Shown: positions 28,948-38,769 of the stretch, one piece after another
How the letters are laid out: every line of letters starts with the position of its first letter
Numbering within the stretch: the stretch's first letter is position 1
DNA from: a virus
Lineage: Duplodnaviria > Caudoviricetes
Strand: one strand, 5' to 3'
Length of the DNA stretch: 64,000 bases
IMG/VR virus record: IMGVR_UViG_3300008110_004617
Coordinates: 1-64,000 of that record
The notes under the pieces: generated by a model
Seen by the model: the letters and a program-made list of their open reading frames with translations, nothing else
Told to the model about the DNA's origin: nothing
The model's database searches: none
Program-made: the position numbers and the translations under genes

Positions 28948-30231
28948 ATGGCAAAACCAGGTTTAACACAGGTCACTACCGCGCAAACTTTCCAAGCGTG
29001 GTTAGATAAGACGAATGATATTGTGGATATTTTTAAGACCGATGCGGTAACAGCTTCTGCTCTAGGTGACACTACTACAGGTAACGCAACTCTTGTAGGT
29101 TCATTCACCGCCAATACGGTAATAGCGTTTAATACATTAAGAACTGATGCTATTTCCCCAAAGGCTGGGTCAACTTCAATATCTGCTTCGGCTCCGATAA
29201 ACATAACAGATTCGACTCAAGTTCTTCAAACTCTTACGAGTACAGCCGGACCTAGAGTAAACTTTTCTTCATCTTCTAATATATGGCAAACAGGATTTGA
29301 AGACACCGCAACCAACAACTTTATCATTGATATTGGCGGCGGGGCTGCAAAGTTAAGACTAACAACGGCAGGTGATCTCAGTGTTGCCGGTAGTATAACT
29401 TCTGGAAACGGCGGCTTTGTTGGAAATCTTACTGGTAATGCTGACACTGTAACAAATGGCGTGTACACGGTTGGAAATCAGACAATAGCCGGTGTGAAAA
29501 CATTTAGTAGCAACATTGTAGGAAATCTTACTGGTAACGCATCCACTGCAACTACCGCTGGGGCATGGACAACCGCGAGAACTCTTACGCTTGGTGGCGA
29601 TTTAACTGGTAACGTTAGTATCAAAGGTGATCAGAACGTTACATTGACCGCAACGATAAGTGGAGGCGCCGCTAGCACCGCCGATTCGTGGACAACCGCA
29701 AGAACTCTTACACTTGGTGGCGATTTATCTGGTAGTGTTAGTATCAAAGGTGATCAGAACGTTACATTAACCGCAACCGTAGCACCGAACAGTGTTGCTC
29801 TTGGAACGGATACAACTGGTAACTACGTTGCAGGATTAACACAGGGTAACGGTATTTCTATAGGAGGTACTGCCGGTGAAGGTTGGTCGCCGACTGTTAG
29901 CATGTCTGGGTCATACACCGGAACATTTACTGCTTCTGGTGACATTACGGCCTTTTCTGATATAAGAACAAAGAAAAACGTTTTAACTATAGAAAACGCT
30001 CTTGAAAAAACTCTAGCTTTAAGAGGAGTCACGTTTTCTAGAATAGATGACGAAGAAGAAACGCGAAAAATTGGTTTAATCGCGCAAGAAGTTGAATTGG
30101 TGTTACCAGAAGCAGTTGTTACAAATGAAGACGGGTTTAAAACTCTTGCTTACGGTAATATAGTCGGTCTTCTTATTGAGGCAGTCAAAGAACTCCAAGC
30201 AGAGATAAAGGCAATTAAAAACGTTAGTTAA
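28948..30231 (+). CDS. tail fibre protein with C-terminal peptidase S74 intramolecular chaperone
   Basis: N-terminal 'TFQAWLDKTN'; shaft repeats 'GNLTGNA'; 'FSDIRTKKN...LRGV.F...IGLIAQEVE.VLPEAV...LLIEAVKEL'. Confidence 0.85.
   Translation: MAKPGLTQVTTAQTFQAWLDKTNDIVDIFKTDAVTASALGDTTTGNATLVGSFTANTVIAFNTLRTDAISPKAGSTSISASAPINITDSTQVLQTLTSTAGPRVNFSSSSNIWQTGFEDTATNNFIIDIGGGAAKLRLTTAGDLSVAGSITSGNGGFVGNLTGNADTVTNGVYTVGNQTIAGVKTFSSNIVGNLTGNASTATTAGAWTTARTLTLGGDLTGNVSIKGDQNVTLTATISGGAASTADSWTTARTLTLGGDLSGSVSIKGDQNVTLTATVAPNSVALGTDTTGNYVAGLTQGNGISIGGTAGEGWSPTVSMSGSYTGTFTASGDITAFSDIRTKKNVLTIENALEKTLALRGVTFSRIDDEEETRKIGLIAQEVELVLPEAVVTNEDGFKTLAYGNIVGLLIEAVKELQAEIKAIKNVS
29566..29777 (+). repeat. two-copy internal repeat (123-nt period) in the fibre shaft
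   Basis: 'WTTARTLTLGGDL.G.VSIKGDQNVTLTAT' encoded from 29566 and again from 29689 with near-identical DNA. Confidence 0.85.
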
Positions 30232-30330
30232 AACTGTTTGGCGATGTGTTATAATTAGAGAGTAGGTGTATCTATATAATGCTTACCATATAACAACCGC
30301 AAGACAAACATAATGTTTTTATGTCTTCGA

Positions 30331-30338
30331 TATAAATA
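30331..30338 (+). promoter_or_regulatory. T4-type late promoter TATAAATA
   Basis: Exact consensus, 22 nt before ATG 30361. Confidence 0.7.
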
Positions 30339-30360
30339 AAAGAAAAAGAGGTTTCTTTCT

Positions 30361-33300
30361 ATGTCTAAAATATCAGAACTTGGTAGGATTACTGGCAGTC
30401 TCACAAAATCCAAAGATTTGTTTGTTACTGTTAGTCTAGATCAAGGCGACGATGGAACAAAGACTCTTACTCGCGCCGAGTTAGTAAATGCGGTTCAGCA
30501 AGAAATTTTCGATACGATCAAGATCGATGGCGGCGATTACATTCAAAATATTCCGTTGAATAATGTAACTATCGACGATTCTGCGGTGCAAGATTCTACA
30601 ATACAAGATTCTATAATCGATGATTCCGTTATTAACAATCCAAACATAAATGTAGACACAGAATTCACACCTAGCATCTCCGGCGACGACTATTTTTATC
30701 TAAAGGATATATCTTTAGGTGAAACCGTCGCGATGTCGTATTCGCAATTATATGACGAAATTTCAAAATCTGTAAAAAAAGCAAAAAAGATATATGTTAG
30801 CGTTGATGGGAACGATAACAATCCCGGAAGCTATATGCAGCCTGTTGCCACGCTAGAAAAAGCGGTACAGATGGCTAACGCCGCGTCCTTAACAGTACCA
30901 ACTGATATACTAGGAAGAAAATTAGTACACATTTCAGTAAATCCTGGATCGTACTATACAAACGGAGAGCTGTCTCTTCCTGATTGGTGTTCCGTAACTT
31001 CATCTTCTGGTCAGTATACAACAAACATAGTTATGAACAATGGATACGAATCAAAGAATTGCTTTCTTCTTGGTTCTGGTTGCTATGTGCAAGGTTTTTC
31101 TTTCTTTAACTTTAAAGTAGATAACTTCGACGATCCTACTGGCGGTTTTGCCTTTGCATTTAGACCAGGCGTAAAAATTACAAGATCTCCTTACCTCAGA
31201 GACTGTAGCCAAATATCAAATTATTTCGAAAGAGATATACCCCCTCTCTTAAATCCTTTCAATAGTAGAGGAACTATCGACGATCTTGGGTACGAATTAA
31301 CTATTTCGAATGTTTCGCCGAGTGCGAGCAAGTTTGAAGTTGGTGATAGAATAGAGACTAGTAACGGTGTTGCTGGTGTCATATCCAGAATAGCAGAAAT
31401 CGGCAGTGGTACCATCTATGTTAGAAATAACACAGGTCTTTTTGAATCAAACACTTCTATAACAACATCATCTGGCGGAACTGCGACGATTACAGATGTT
31501 GGGGAAGAAGATTATCCAAATAAAGACGTTGGGCGTGGCGGTGGTATGATACTCGCGGATCGCGCTCACGTCGATCAAGATTCGTTATTCCCATACATAC
31601 TTGCGTTCGGCGCAACACCAAGAACTCAAAACGGTATTGGATATGTTGCGAAGAACGGCGCAGGCATTAACGGTATCAGCTCTCTATCGATCTTTTCAAG
31701 ATGCTCTTTCTACGCCCTAAACGGTGGACAGATTACTCTAAACAACTCTGGAACACAGTTTGGCGATATATCTATGAGAGCAAAGGGTTCTACACCGGTT
31801 TTCAATCCTTATCAGACTTCAGTTTTACTATCTTCAAATACGGTTTTAGCTGACACTCTTACAAACAGCGCAAATACAATCATAGATGACTTAATAGATA
31901 ACTACATTACCGCCAATACATCAGTTGGTGGTTTAGGTCTTCAAACTTATAACTCAACAAAATGCGAAAGAGACGTTGGGTATATTCTAGAAGGAGTCGG
32001 ATACGATCTTGCTCTCGGAACGAACTATTGGTCCATCGTAAACGGCATCGCGTACAGAAGAGCAGAATCAGAAATCGTTGTGGATGAACAACTCGTCGAA
32101 ACATCCGGCGCAATTGAATATCTTAAGACCACCGTCGCCGAGCTGTTAGAAGAAAGCCCAGAGAGCGTAACTCGAACAGACGATTCTTTCGATGAAATTA
32201 TAGACATTCTAGAAAACGGCATAGCTTCTGCAGATGCGCTCGTATTCTCAAGCACAGGAAACACAAACTTTAATAAAGCAAGACTCTTGCTAATTGCAAA
32301 TAGAACACTTATCAGAAACAGAGTAATAAGCTATATTAACACCACGTATCCGGCATTAGTATACGACGAAACATTATGCAGCAGGGATACAGGGTTTATC
32401 GTTGACGCGTTAACACACGATCTTAACTATAACAGTAACATAGCTACGATAGTAAATGCTGACGCGTATTTCACAAACGCAGTTAGCACGCTGCCAGTTG
32501 ACCAAAGAGCTCCTACTGCAGACGCAATTAGATTCTTAGGTACGATTTGTTCTTCAATTATGTTGGGCACTCTTAGCGGTCAATCAACCGCTTCGGGCAT
32601 CGCGACACAGGCTGAAGCAAACAGATGTATAGAACTAACAGGCATAATAGAAAGAGTGATATCTAAGAACAGTCTTCAAGAACTTCCTGGTGCTCAAGAG
32701 CCAGATCTTTCATGGGTTAGCACAGTTTATAAAAATAGCAAGGAACTAATTGAAAAGAACGTAAAGAAGTTAAAGAAGCTAACGGTTGCGTTTGTTAACT
32801 CTGAATACAACTTCATAGATGACAATTTAACTCGAAGAGATGCGCGAAATCTCATAACATCAATAGCGAACGATTTTAAACTTGGAAGACAAACAGGAAC
32901 TAGAATATTTACAGCCGGATTGTTTAACTTCCAAGGTAAGCACGTGTTTTCAGTATTCAACCCAAACACGGTTGGATTAAATTACATCGGAAGTTATGCT
33001 TCTACTTCTGCGGTTAGTGCGACCACCGTCAATGTTAATGATGCCATCATAGTATACTCGTCACCATCTAACTTGTATGCAGGTACGGTTTACTATTCAA
33101 ACGGTTCTGCCTGGGTTTCAGATGGAGCGAATGACGTCGATCTATTAAATGCCTTCACTGGATCGTTTAATCACATAAGAACGTATATTAAAAACAACAT
33201 CACAACATCGGTAGCAAACGAAACTATGCTAGACGGATTGATAGACGACGTATTGATTGCCAGTGTAAGAAATCCTAGCGTTATTAATTTTGGAAGTCTC

Positions 33301-33585
33301 GTTGAAAGTCTTTCGCATCAATTCAACCTTGCATCAGCCGGTGTTAACATAAATGCGCTTCCACTAAACTTTAGAAGACTAGGTGCGCCGATTTCAGCAT
33401 CTGCTTCTGTATCTCAAGAAGATGGTGGACGAGTAAGATGGTCCGGTGCAGACGAATTAAATAACCAATACTTCGCAAGAGGTCTTAAAATCAATGGTAG
33501 AACCGGTCGCCTTGAAGGAAGACCGTTTACATCTTCAGTTAGAAAACTAGCTCGTAGGGCTTCAAATAGTAGGGCAATCTTATGA
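30361..33585 (+). CDS. large virion structural protein (beta-helix-like domain plus helical repeats); module A gene 1
   Basis: 'KIYVSVDGNDNNPG...P.ATLEKA' is a typical beta-helix cap; repeated 'C.RD.GY....L..D'; paralog of 56566-58188. Confidence 0.6.
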   Translation: MSKISELGRITGSLTKSKDLFVTVSLDQGDDGTKTLTRAELVNAVQQEIFDTIKIDGGDYIQNIPLNNVTIDDSAVQDSTIQDSIIDDSVINNPNINVDTEFTPSISGDDYFYLKDISLGETVAMSYSQLYDEISKSVKKAKKIYVSVDGNDNNPGSYMQPVATLEKAVQMANAASLTVPTDILGRKLVHISVNPGSYYTNGELSLPDWCSVTSSSGQYTTNIVMNNGYESKNCFLLGSGCYVQGFSFFNFKVDNFDDPTGGFAFAFRPGVKITRSPYLRDCSQISNYFERDIPPLLNPFNSRGTIDDLGYELTISNVSPSASKFEVGDRIETSNGVAGVISRIAEIGSGTIYVRNNTGLFESNTSITTSSGGTATITDVGEEDYPNKDVGRGGGMILADRAHVDQDSLFPYILAFGATPRTQNGIGYVAKNGAGINGISSLSIFSRCSFYALNGGQITLNNSGTQFGDISMRAKGSTPVFNPYQTSVLLSSNTVLADTLTNSANTIIDDLIDNYITANTSVGGLGLQTYNSTKCERDVGYILEGVGYDLALGTNYWSIVNGIAYRRAESEIVVDEQLVETSGAIEYLKTTVAELLEESPESVTRTDDSFDEIIDILENGIASADALVFSSTGNTNFNKARLLLIANRTLIRNRVISYINTTYPALVYDETLCSRDTGFIVDALTHDLNYNSNIATIVNADAYFTNAVSTLPVDQRAPTADAIRFLGTICSSIMLGTLSGQSTASGIATQAEANRCIELTGIIERVISKNSLQELPGAQEPDLSWVSTVYKNSKELIEKNVKKLKKLTVAFVNSEYNFIDDNLTRRDARNLITSIANDFKLGRQTGTRIFTAGLFNFQGKHVFSVFNPNTVGLNYIGSYASTSAVSATTVNVNDAIIVYSSPSNLYAGTVYYSNGSAWVSDGANDVDLLNAFTGSFNHIRTYIKNNITTSVANETMLDGLIDDVLIASVRNPSVINFGSLVESLSHQFNLASAGVNINALPLNFRRLGAPISASASVSQEDGGRVRWSGADELNNQYFARGLKINGRTGRLEGRPFTSSVRKLARRASNSRAIL

Positions 33586-34046
33586 CAGCAAACACTGTAA
33601 TCACGACAGTTAGAACATCGCAGTCTCCGGACGCAAAACCAGTAGCAGTAAATAAAACGCTAACAACAAATTTTGTTGAAATTATTTCAGTGCCTGATTT
33701 TGAAGTACCAGAACTTGTGTTTGGTGGTAGCTTTATAACCGCGCCTGGTGTAGCAGAAGTTATATCTCCACTTATGATTTCAAATAAAACACCAAATACC
33801 GTGTATGTAGATCTTCAGATATATCGTCTATATGATTACTCTACAGATCCAGTCACATCCGTCACTGGCACATTTTCTCTAGCAACAAACATACCAATTC
33901 CAGGATACGACGTGCTTCCGTTTCCACTCAATGGACAGTTCTTCTATAATGGAGATCTTCTTGAGGCGAAGGCGAGTACAAACGATGCTATAGACATTAC
34001 ATTATCGTTTACACTTGGGCAAGCAGAAGAATACTTGGAGGATTGA
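33582..34046 (+). CDS. 154-aa putative virion structural protein; module A gene 2
   Basis: Coupled to the previous gene; paralog of 58191-58655 ('PDF.VP', 'PL.ISNK', 'IP..D...P..G', 'GD.L...A'). Confidence 0.6.
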   Translation: MTANTVITTVRTSQSPDAKPVAVNKTLTTNFVEIISVPDFEVPELVFGGSFITAPGVAEVISPLMISNKTPNTVYVDLQIYRLYDYSTDPVTSVTGTFSLATNIPIPGYDVLPFPLNGQFFYNGDLLEAKASTNDAIDITLSFTLGQAEEYLED

Positions 34047-34049
34047 TAT

Positions 34050-35585
34050 ATGACTCTTAAGACACTAAGAGGTAAAATTCCAATAATAGGGCCTGCTATT
34101 AAGCAGGCACTACCTATTCAATTAGATCCTACTGCATATGAAGGTTCTATTTTATACGCAGAAGATGGTGCATTAAGAATATCTGATGGAGCTAATTGGA
34201 ACGTTGTAAGTCCAGGATCACAGGGTATTCAAGGCGTACAGGGTATTCAAGGCATACAAGGCATTGGCTCCCAAGGCATACAGGGCCCGCAGGGCGTACA
34301 AGGTATCCAAGGTTTTCAGGGCGTACAAGGGAATTTAGGGCCTGGTATTAATATCATTGGTTCCGTACCAGATGTAAATGTGGCTCCTCCAAATAACCCT
34401 CAAACTACTTTAAATGCCGCCTTTCCAGCAGCTTTAGCTGGCGACGCAGTAATTGACGAAGCACTAGGTGATGTCTGGGCATATAACGGCACAACTTGGA
34501 TTAACGGTGGAGAAATAAGAGGCCCACAGGGTATACAAGGTACTCAAGGTATACAAGGTCTTCAGGGTAGCAATGGAAACACTGGCGGTCAAGGTACTCA
34601 AGGTTTTCAAGGTACTCAAGGTTTTCAAGGTACTCAGGGTATAAGAGGCGACGAGGGAATTCAAGGTACGCGAGGCTTTGTGGGAGAGCAAGGCACTCAA
34701 GGCATTCAGGGATCGCAAGGTGTTCAGGGTGATTTAGGAAACCAAGGTACTCAAGGTATTCAGGGCCCACAGAGTGTGCAGGGACCTCAGGGTGTACAAG
34801 GTAATTTAGGAAACCAAGGTACTCAAGGACTTGAGGGCGCAGCAGCATTCCAGGGCATCCAGGGTACACAGGGTCCTACTGGTATTCAAGGTGCGACTGG
34901 CGTTCAAGGTACAACTGGTTCGCAAGGCATTCAGGGTACAACTGGAACTCAGGGAACGATCGGTACTCAGGGAGCAACCGGTGTACAAGGAACGACAGGC
35001 ACACAAGGTCTTACTGGAACACAGGGCCTTGGTGGTACTGGAACACAAGGTTTTCAAGGTACAACAGGCGAACAAGGAACGACGGGTACACAAGGTACAA
35101 CTGGAACACAAGGAACTATTGGATCTCAAGGTGTCAGTGGAACAGTCGGCGGAACCGGTGTACAGGGAACTCAAGGACTCCAAGGCAATCAAGGTGAACA
35201 AGGACTTCAGGGAACTCAGGGTGAACAAGGAACTACTGGCTCGCAAGGTGTTGATGGTACTATCGGAGGCACCGGTGTACAGGGAACTCAAGGGACGACA
35301 GGCGAACAAGGAACTACTGGCTCGCAAGGCGTTGATGGTACTATCGGAGGCACCGGTGTACAGGGAACTCAAGGGACGACAGGCGAACAGGGAACGACCG
35401 GAACCCAGGGTGCTGGCGGTGGTACAGGAAGTACTGGTGTACAGGGTACACAGGGAACGACCGGTGCGCAAGGTACTACTGGAACGCAGGGAATAACCGG
35501 ATCTCAAGGTACTACAGGCTCGCAAGGAATTTCTGGAGCAGCCACTACAGTAAGCGATGATACCCGGAACTTTAAACGCGACTGA
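34050..35585 (+). CDS. collagen-like (G-X-Q/T) fibre protein; module A gene 3, N-terminal frame
   Basis: Long Gly-X-Y triplet tract (GTQ, GIQ, GTT); reading frame breaks near 35562. Confidence 0.8.
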   Translation: MTLKTLRGKIPIIGPAIKQALPIQLDPTAYEGSILYAEDGALRISDGANWNVVSPGSQGIQGVQGIQGIQGIGSQGIQGPQGVQGIQGFQGVQGNLGPGINIIGSVPDVNVAPPNNPQTTLNAAFPAALAGDAVIDEALGDVWAYNGTTWINGGEIRGPQGIQGTQGIQGLQGSNGNTGGQGTQGFQGTQGFQGTQGIRGDEGIQGTRGFVGEQGTQGIQGSQGVQGDLGNQGTQGIQGPQSVQGPQGVQGNLGNQGTQGLEGAAAFQGIQGTQGPTGIQGATGVQGTTGSQGIQGTTGTQGTIGTQGATGVQGTTGTQGLTGTQGLGGTGTQGFQGTTGEQGTTGTQGTTGTQGTIGSQGVSGTVGGTGVQGTQGLQGNQGEQGLQGTQGEQGTTGSQGVDGTIGGTGVQGTQGTTGEQGTTGSQGVDGTIGGTGVQGTQGTTGEQGTTGTQGAGGGTGSTGVQGTQGTTGAQGTTGTQGITGSQGTTGSQGISGAATTVSDDTRNFKRD

Positions 35586-35862
35586 GTTTAACTCCCTTTC
35601 CGATGTTGCATACAAAGAAGATTTCCAAACGATAGATAGTGCTACAGACATACTCGATAAAATAAAGGCATATCAGTTTACGTGGAAAAACACCGGTGTT
35701 AAAAGCTACGGTGTAATTGCGCAAGAACTTGAAAAGTTACTACCAGAACTAATAAACAATACGCATGGTTCTAAGTATGTCAACTACATTCCTCTAATTG
35801 CTATCTTGTTAGAAGGATATAAAGATCTTTCTAGTCGTATAAAGAGTTTAGAAAAAGAATAA
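35557..35862 (+). CDS. peptidase S74 chaperone domain, probably the frameshifted C-terminus of the collagen fibre
   Basis: 'GTLNATEFNSLSDVAYKEDF...F.WK..G.KSYGVIAQELEK.LPEL...YIPLIAILLE'; parallel to the domain in 63019-63576. Confidence 0.75.
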   Translation: MIPGTLNATEFNSLSDVAYKEDFQTIDSATDILDKIKAYQFTWKNTGVKSYGVIAQELEKLLPELINNTHGSKYVNYIPLIAILLEGYKDLSSRIKSLEKE

Positions 35863-35916
35863 ATATACACGACAGCCGAGTATCCTACGTGGACGCGAAG
35901 ATGGCTTGATGATTGA

Positions 35917-36105
35917 ATCAGTGATCGCCGCTTTGTCTCCAAGTATATATTCACCCTTTTACAAAGACCGACGGGTGTAACTGGCCAATTAAGATATAAC
36001 ACAACGGACGCAACATTCGAAGGTTTTAACGGGACTGCGTGGGGCCCGCTAGGGGGTGGTGCTGACGAACTTGCAAGAACTCTGGCAACGTTGGCGCTAC
36101 CATAA
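35917..36105 (+). pseudogene. start-less 3' remnant of a fibre-associated gene
   Basis: Frame reads '...LQRPTGVTGQLRYNTTDATFEGFNGTAWGPLGGGADELARTLATLALP*', a common phage fibre module. There is an in-frame TGA at 35914, and the upstream ATG GCT (35901) hits TGA at once. Confidence 0.65.
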
Positions 36106-37454
36106 TGACTGTAGGAATACAACCACTCGTAGATGAAGTAAATACAAATGTAGCAGGGGCGTTAACAACCCTAGAGCAGTTGCAACTCGCGAGTGTAATG
36201 CAAGATTTTGATCAAGGATTTACAAAGTGCGTAGCTAACTGCGCAGCGCTTCCAGCTGCGGCTGATAACAAAGGTCGTTGGATCTTTCTTCAAGACGTTT
36301 GCAGTTATCGTTGGAGCGACGGGACAGCTTGGTCAAGAGATTTTGCTAGTATTGAACAAAATATTGCTTTTTCATTTGGATGCAATGCTGATAACCAGCT
36401 GGGTGACAGAACCACAACCAACAGATCTTCTCCAGTGTCAGTCTTAGGTGATGTCTTATACTGGTGTCAGGTGAGCGCTGGTAATGGATTTAATATTGGA
36501 GTTCGCAGTGATATGACTGCTTGGGGTTGGGGCTGTAACGCAGGGGGCGAACTAGGTGACTGTACTAGCGTTAATAGAATCATACCTAGGCCAGTCGTTG
36601 GTGGCTTTGGTGACTGGTGTCAGGTTAGTGCCGGAGCAAATCATAGTATAGGTGTTCGTCAGAATGGAACTGCTTGGGCCTGGGGGTTGGGATCATGTGG
36701 TCAGCTGGGTGATGGAACTTCAGTAAGCAAGTCTTCTCCAGTATTAGTCGTCGGCGGTTTTACGGACTGGTGTCAAGTAAGCGCCGGTCAACACTTCATA
36801 CTTGGTGTTCGTCAAAATGGAACGGCCTGGGGTTGGGGTTGTGGTAGTGGAGGTCGTCTCGGTAACGAAACAACAGTCAATAAATGTTCTCCAGTATCAG
36901 TTGTTGGCGGTTTTAGTGACTGGTGTCAGGTTAGCGCTGGGACCGCTCACAGTCTAGGTGTTCGACAGAACGGGACCGCTTGGGCCTGGGGATGTAATAC
37001 TTGTGGCCCACTGGGCGACGGCACTACAGTTGCTAAATCTTCTCCTGTGTCAGTCGTAGGTGGCTTTACCGACTGGTGTCAGGTTAGTGCCGGAGCAAAT
37101 CATAGTCTAGGTGTTCGACAGAATGGAACTGCTTGGGGTTGGGGTGCTGGCGCTGACGGACGCATTGGTAACGGAACTATAGTTAGTGTATCTTCTCCAG
37201 TGTCAGTCGTCGGCGGGTTCACGGACTGGTGTCAAGTAAGTGCCGGGCTTGGGCACAGTCTAGGCGTTCGCCAAAATGGCACCGCTTGGGCTTGGGGACA
37301 GGGTTCAACTGGTCGTCTTGGTGATGGCACGGTCGTAAACAAATCTTCTCCAGTGTCAATCGCTGGCGGACTAACCGGTTGGAGATGCGTAAGTATATAT
37401 ACAAATGGTAATCATAGCTTAGCTGTTAGATCTGATAGTACGAAGGGTTTTTAA
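36105..37454 (+). CDS. RCC1-repeat 7-bladed beta-propeller protein 1 (Cys-rich)
   Basis: Seven ~51-aa repeats 'SSPVSVVGGFTDWCQVSAG..HSLGVR.NGTAW.WG....G.LGD' after a short N-terminal adapter module. Confidence 0.88.
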   Translation: MTVGIQPLVDEVNTNVAGALTTLEQLQLASVMQDFDQGFTKCVANCAALPAAADNKGRWIFLQDVCSYRWSDGTAWSRDFASIEQNIAFSFGCNADNQLGDRTTTNRSSPVSVLGDVLYWCQVSAGNGFNIGVRSDMTAWGWGCNAGGELGDCTSVNRIIPRPVVGGFGDWCQVSAGANHSIGVRQNGTAWAWGLGSCGQLGDGTSVSKSSPVLVVGGFTDWCQVSAGQHFILGVRQNGTAWGWGCGSGGRLGNETTVNKCSPVSVVGGFSDWCQVSAGTAHSLGVRQNGTAWAWGCNTCGPLGDGTTVAKSSPVSVVGGFTDWCQVSAGANHSLGVRQNGTAWGWGAGADGRIGNGTIVSVSSPVSVVGGFTDWCQVSAGLGHSLGVRQNGTAWAWGQGSTGRLGDGTVVNKSSPVSIAGGLTGWRCVSIYTNGNHSLAVRSDSTKGF

Positions 37455-37455
37455 T

Positions 37456-38769
37456 ATGAACGTAACGAATCTAATACTCAATCTTAAATCAAAAATCGGC
37501 GATGCTACGATTGATCAGCAGATGCTTTCAAAAGCAATAAAATTGTTAGAACTTGGTACTATTGAATCAGTTTCATCATTTTCAAGTCTTCCGAACGCTG
37601 CTACAACAGGCAGAGATAAATTATACTTGGTTGAGTTTGACGGCCTATACAAAACTAACGGAACTTATTGGGCGCCTTTTGCTCAGGATTTTTCACCAGC
37701 TTTTTCCTGGGGATGTAATACTTGTGGCCCACTGGGCGACGGCACTACAGTTGATAAGTCTTCTCCAGTGTCAGTCGTTGGTGGCTTTACCGACTGGTGT
37801 CAGGTAGATGCAGGTCACAACCATAGTCTAGGAGTTCGTACTAACGGAACTGCTTGGGCTTGGGGTCAAGGCACAAATGGTCGCCTTGGTGACAACACAA
37901 ACGTTTCAAAATCTTCGCCTGTGTTAGTCTCTGGAGGATTTAGTGACTGGTGTCAGGTAAGCGTTGGATATATGCATAGTATAGGAGTTCGACAGAACGG
38001 GACCGCTTGGGCTTGGGGTGCTGGTATTGGCGGACAACTTGGTGATAATACAATAGTTGATAAGTCTTCTCCTGTGTCAGTCGTTGGTGGATTTACAGAC
38101 TGGTGTCAAGTAAGTGCTGGGGAATGCTACAATTTAGGAGTGCGCCAAGGTGGGGGCGCTTGGGCGTGGGGATCGGCAATCAACGGGAAACTAGGCGACG
38201 GAACAACAGTCGGTAAATCTTCGCCAGTATTAGTAGCAGGCGGTTTTAGTGACTGGTGTCAGGTAGATGCAGGTAACTACCATAGTCTAGGAGTTCGACA
38301 GAACGGGACTGCTTGGGCTTGGGGCACTGGTTGCCGTGGGCAGGTTGGTGACGGAACAACAGTTAATAAATCTTCTCCTGTGTTAGTCGTAGGTGGCTTT
38401 ACCGACTGGTGTCAGGTTAGTGCCGGATTTGTTCACAGCATAGGAGTTCGTCAGAATGGAACCCTGTGGGCATGGGGGCAAGGGGTAGGAGGTCTACTAG
38501 GTGATAACACTGTAGTTGCTAAATCTTCTCCAGTGTCAGTCGTTGGAGGTTTTACAGATTGGTGCCAAGTGAGTGCTGGAGGTGTTCACAGTTTGGGTAT
38601 TCGCACAAATGGAACAGCTTGGGCTTGGGGTTGCGGCACAAATGGTCGCCTTGGTGATAATACAACAGTTAATAAATCTTCGCCTGTGTTAGTCTCTGGA
38701 GGATTTAGTGACTGGTGTCAGGTAAGTACTTTTGTCACTAGCGCAGCAATTAGGAGAACGAATGTATGA
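37456..38769 (+). CDS. RCC1-repeat beta-propeller protein 2
   Basis: Seven repeats of the same unit. Confidence 0.88.
   Translation: MNVTNLILNLKSKIGDATIDQQMLSKAIKLLELGTIESVSSFSSLPNAATTGRDKLYLVEFDGLYKTNGTYWAPFAQDFSPAFSWGCNTCGPLGDGTTVDKSSPVSVVGGFTDWCQVDAGHNHSLGVRTNGTAWAWGQGTNGRLGDNTNVSKSSPVLVSGGFSDWCQVSVGYMHSIGVRQNGTAWAWGAGIGGQLGDNTIVDKSSPVSVVGGFTDWCQVSAGECYNLGVRQGGGAWAWGSAINGKLGDGTTVGKSSPVLVAGGFSDWCQVDAGNYHSLGVRQNGTAWAWGTGCRGQVGDGTTVNKSSPVLVVGGFTDWCQVSAGFVHSIGVRQNGTLWAWGQGVGGLLGDNTVVAKSSPVSVVGGFTDWCQVSAGGVHSLGIRTNGTAWAWGCGTNGRLGDNTTVNKSSPVLVSGGFSDWCQVSTFVTSAAIRRTNV

Noticed and set aside
31950-32450. Phycobiliprotein auxiliary metabolic gene
   Set aside because: Only a short motif resemblance inside a 1074-aa structural protein; kept as a low-interest finding, not a gene call.
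34464-35651. Long alternative-frame and antisense ORFs over collagen gene A
   Set aside because: Shadow ORFs produced by stop-poor G-X-Q repeats; no RBS and low-complexity translations.
35784-36122. 112-aa minus-strand ORF filling the gap before the RCC1 array
   Set aside because: The plus strand carries a recognisable fibre motif here and the whole region is plus-oriented.
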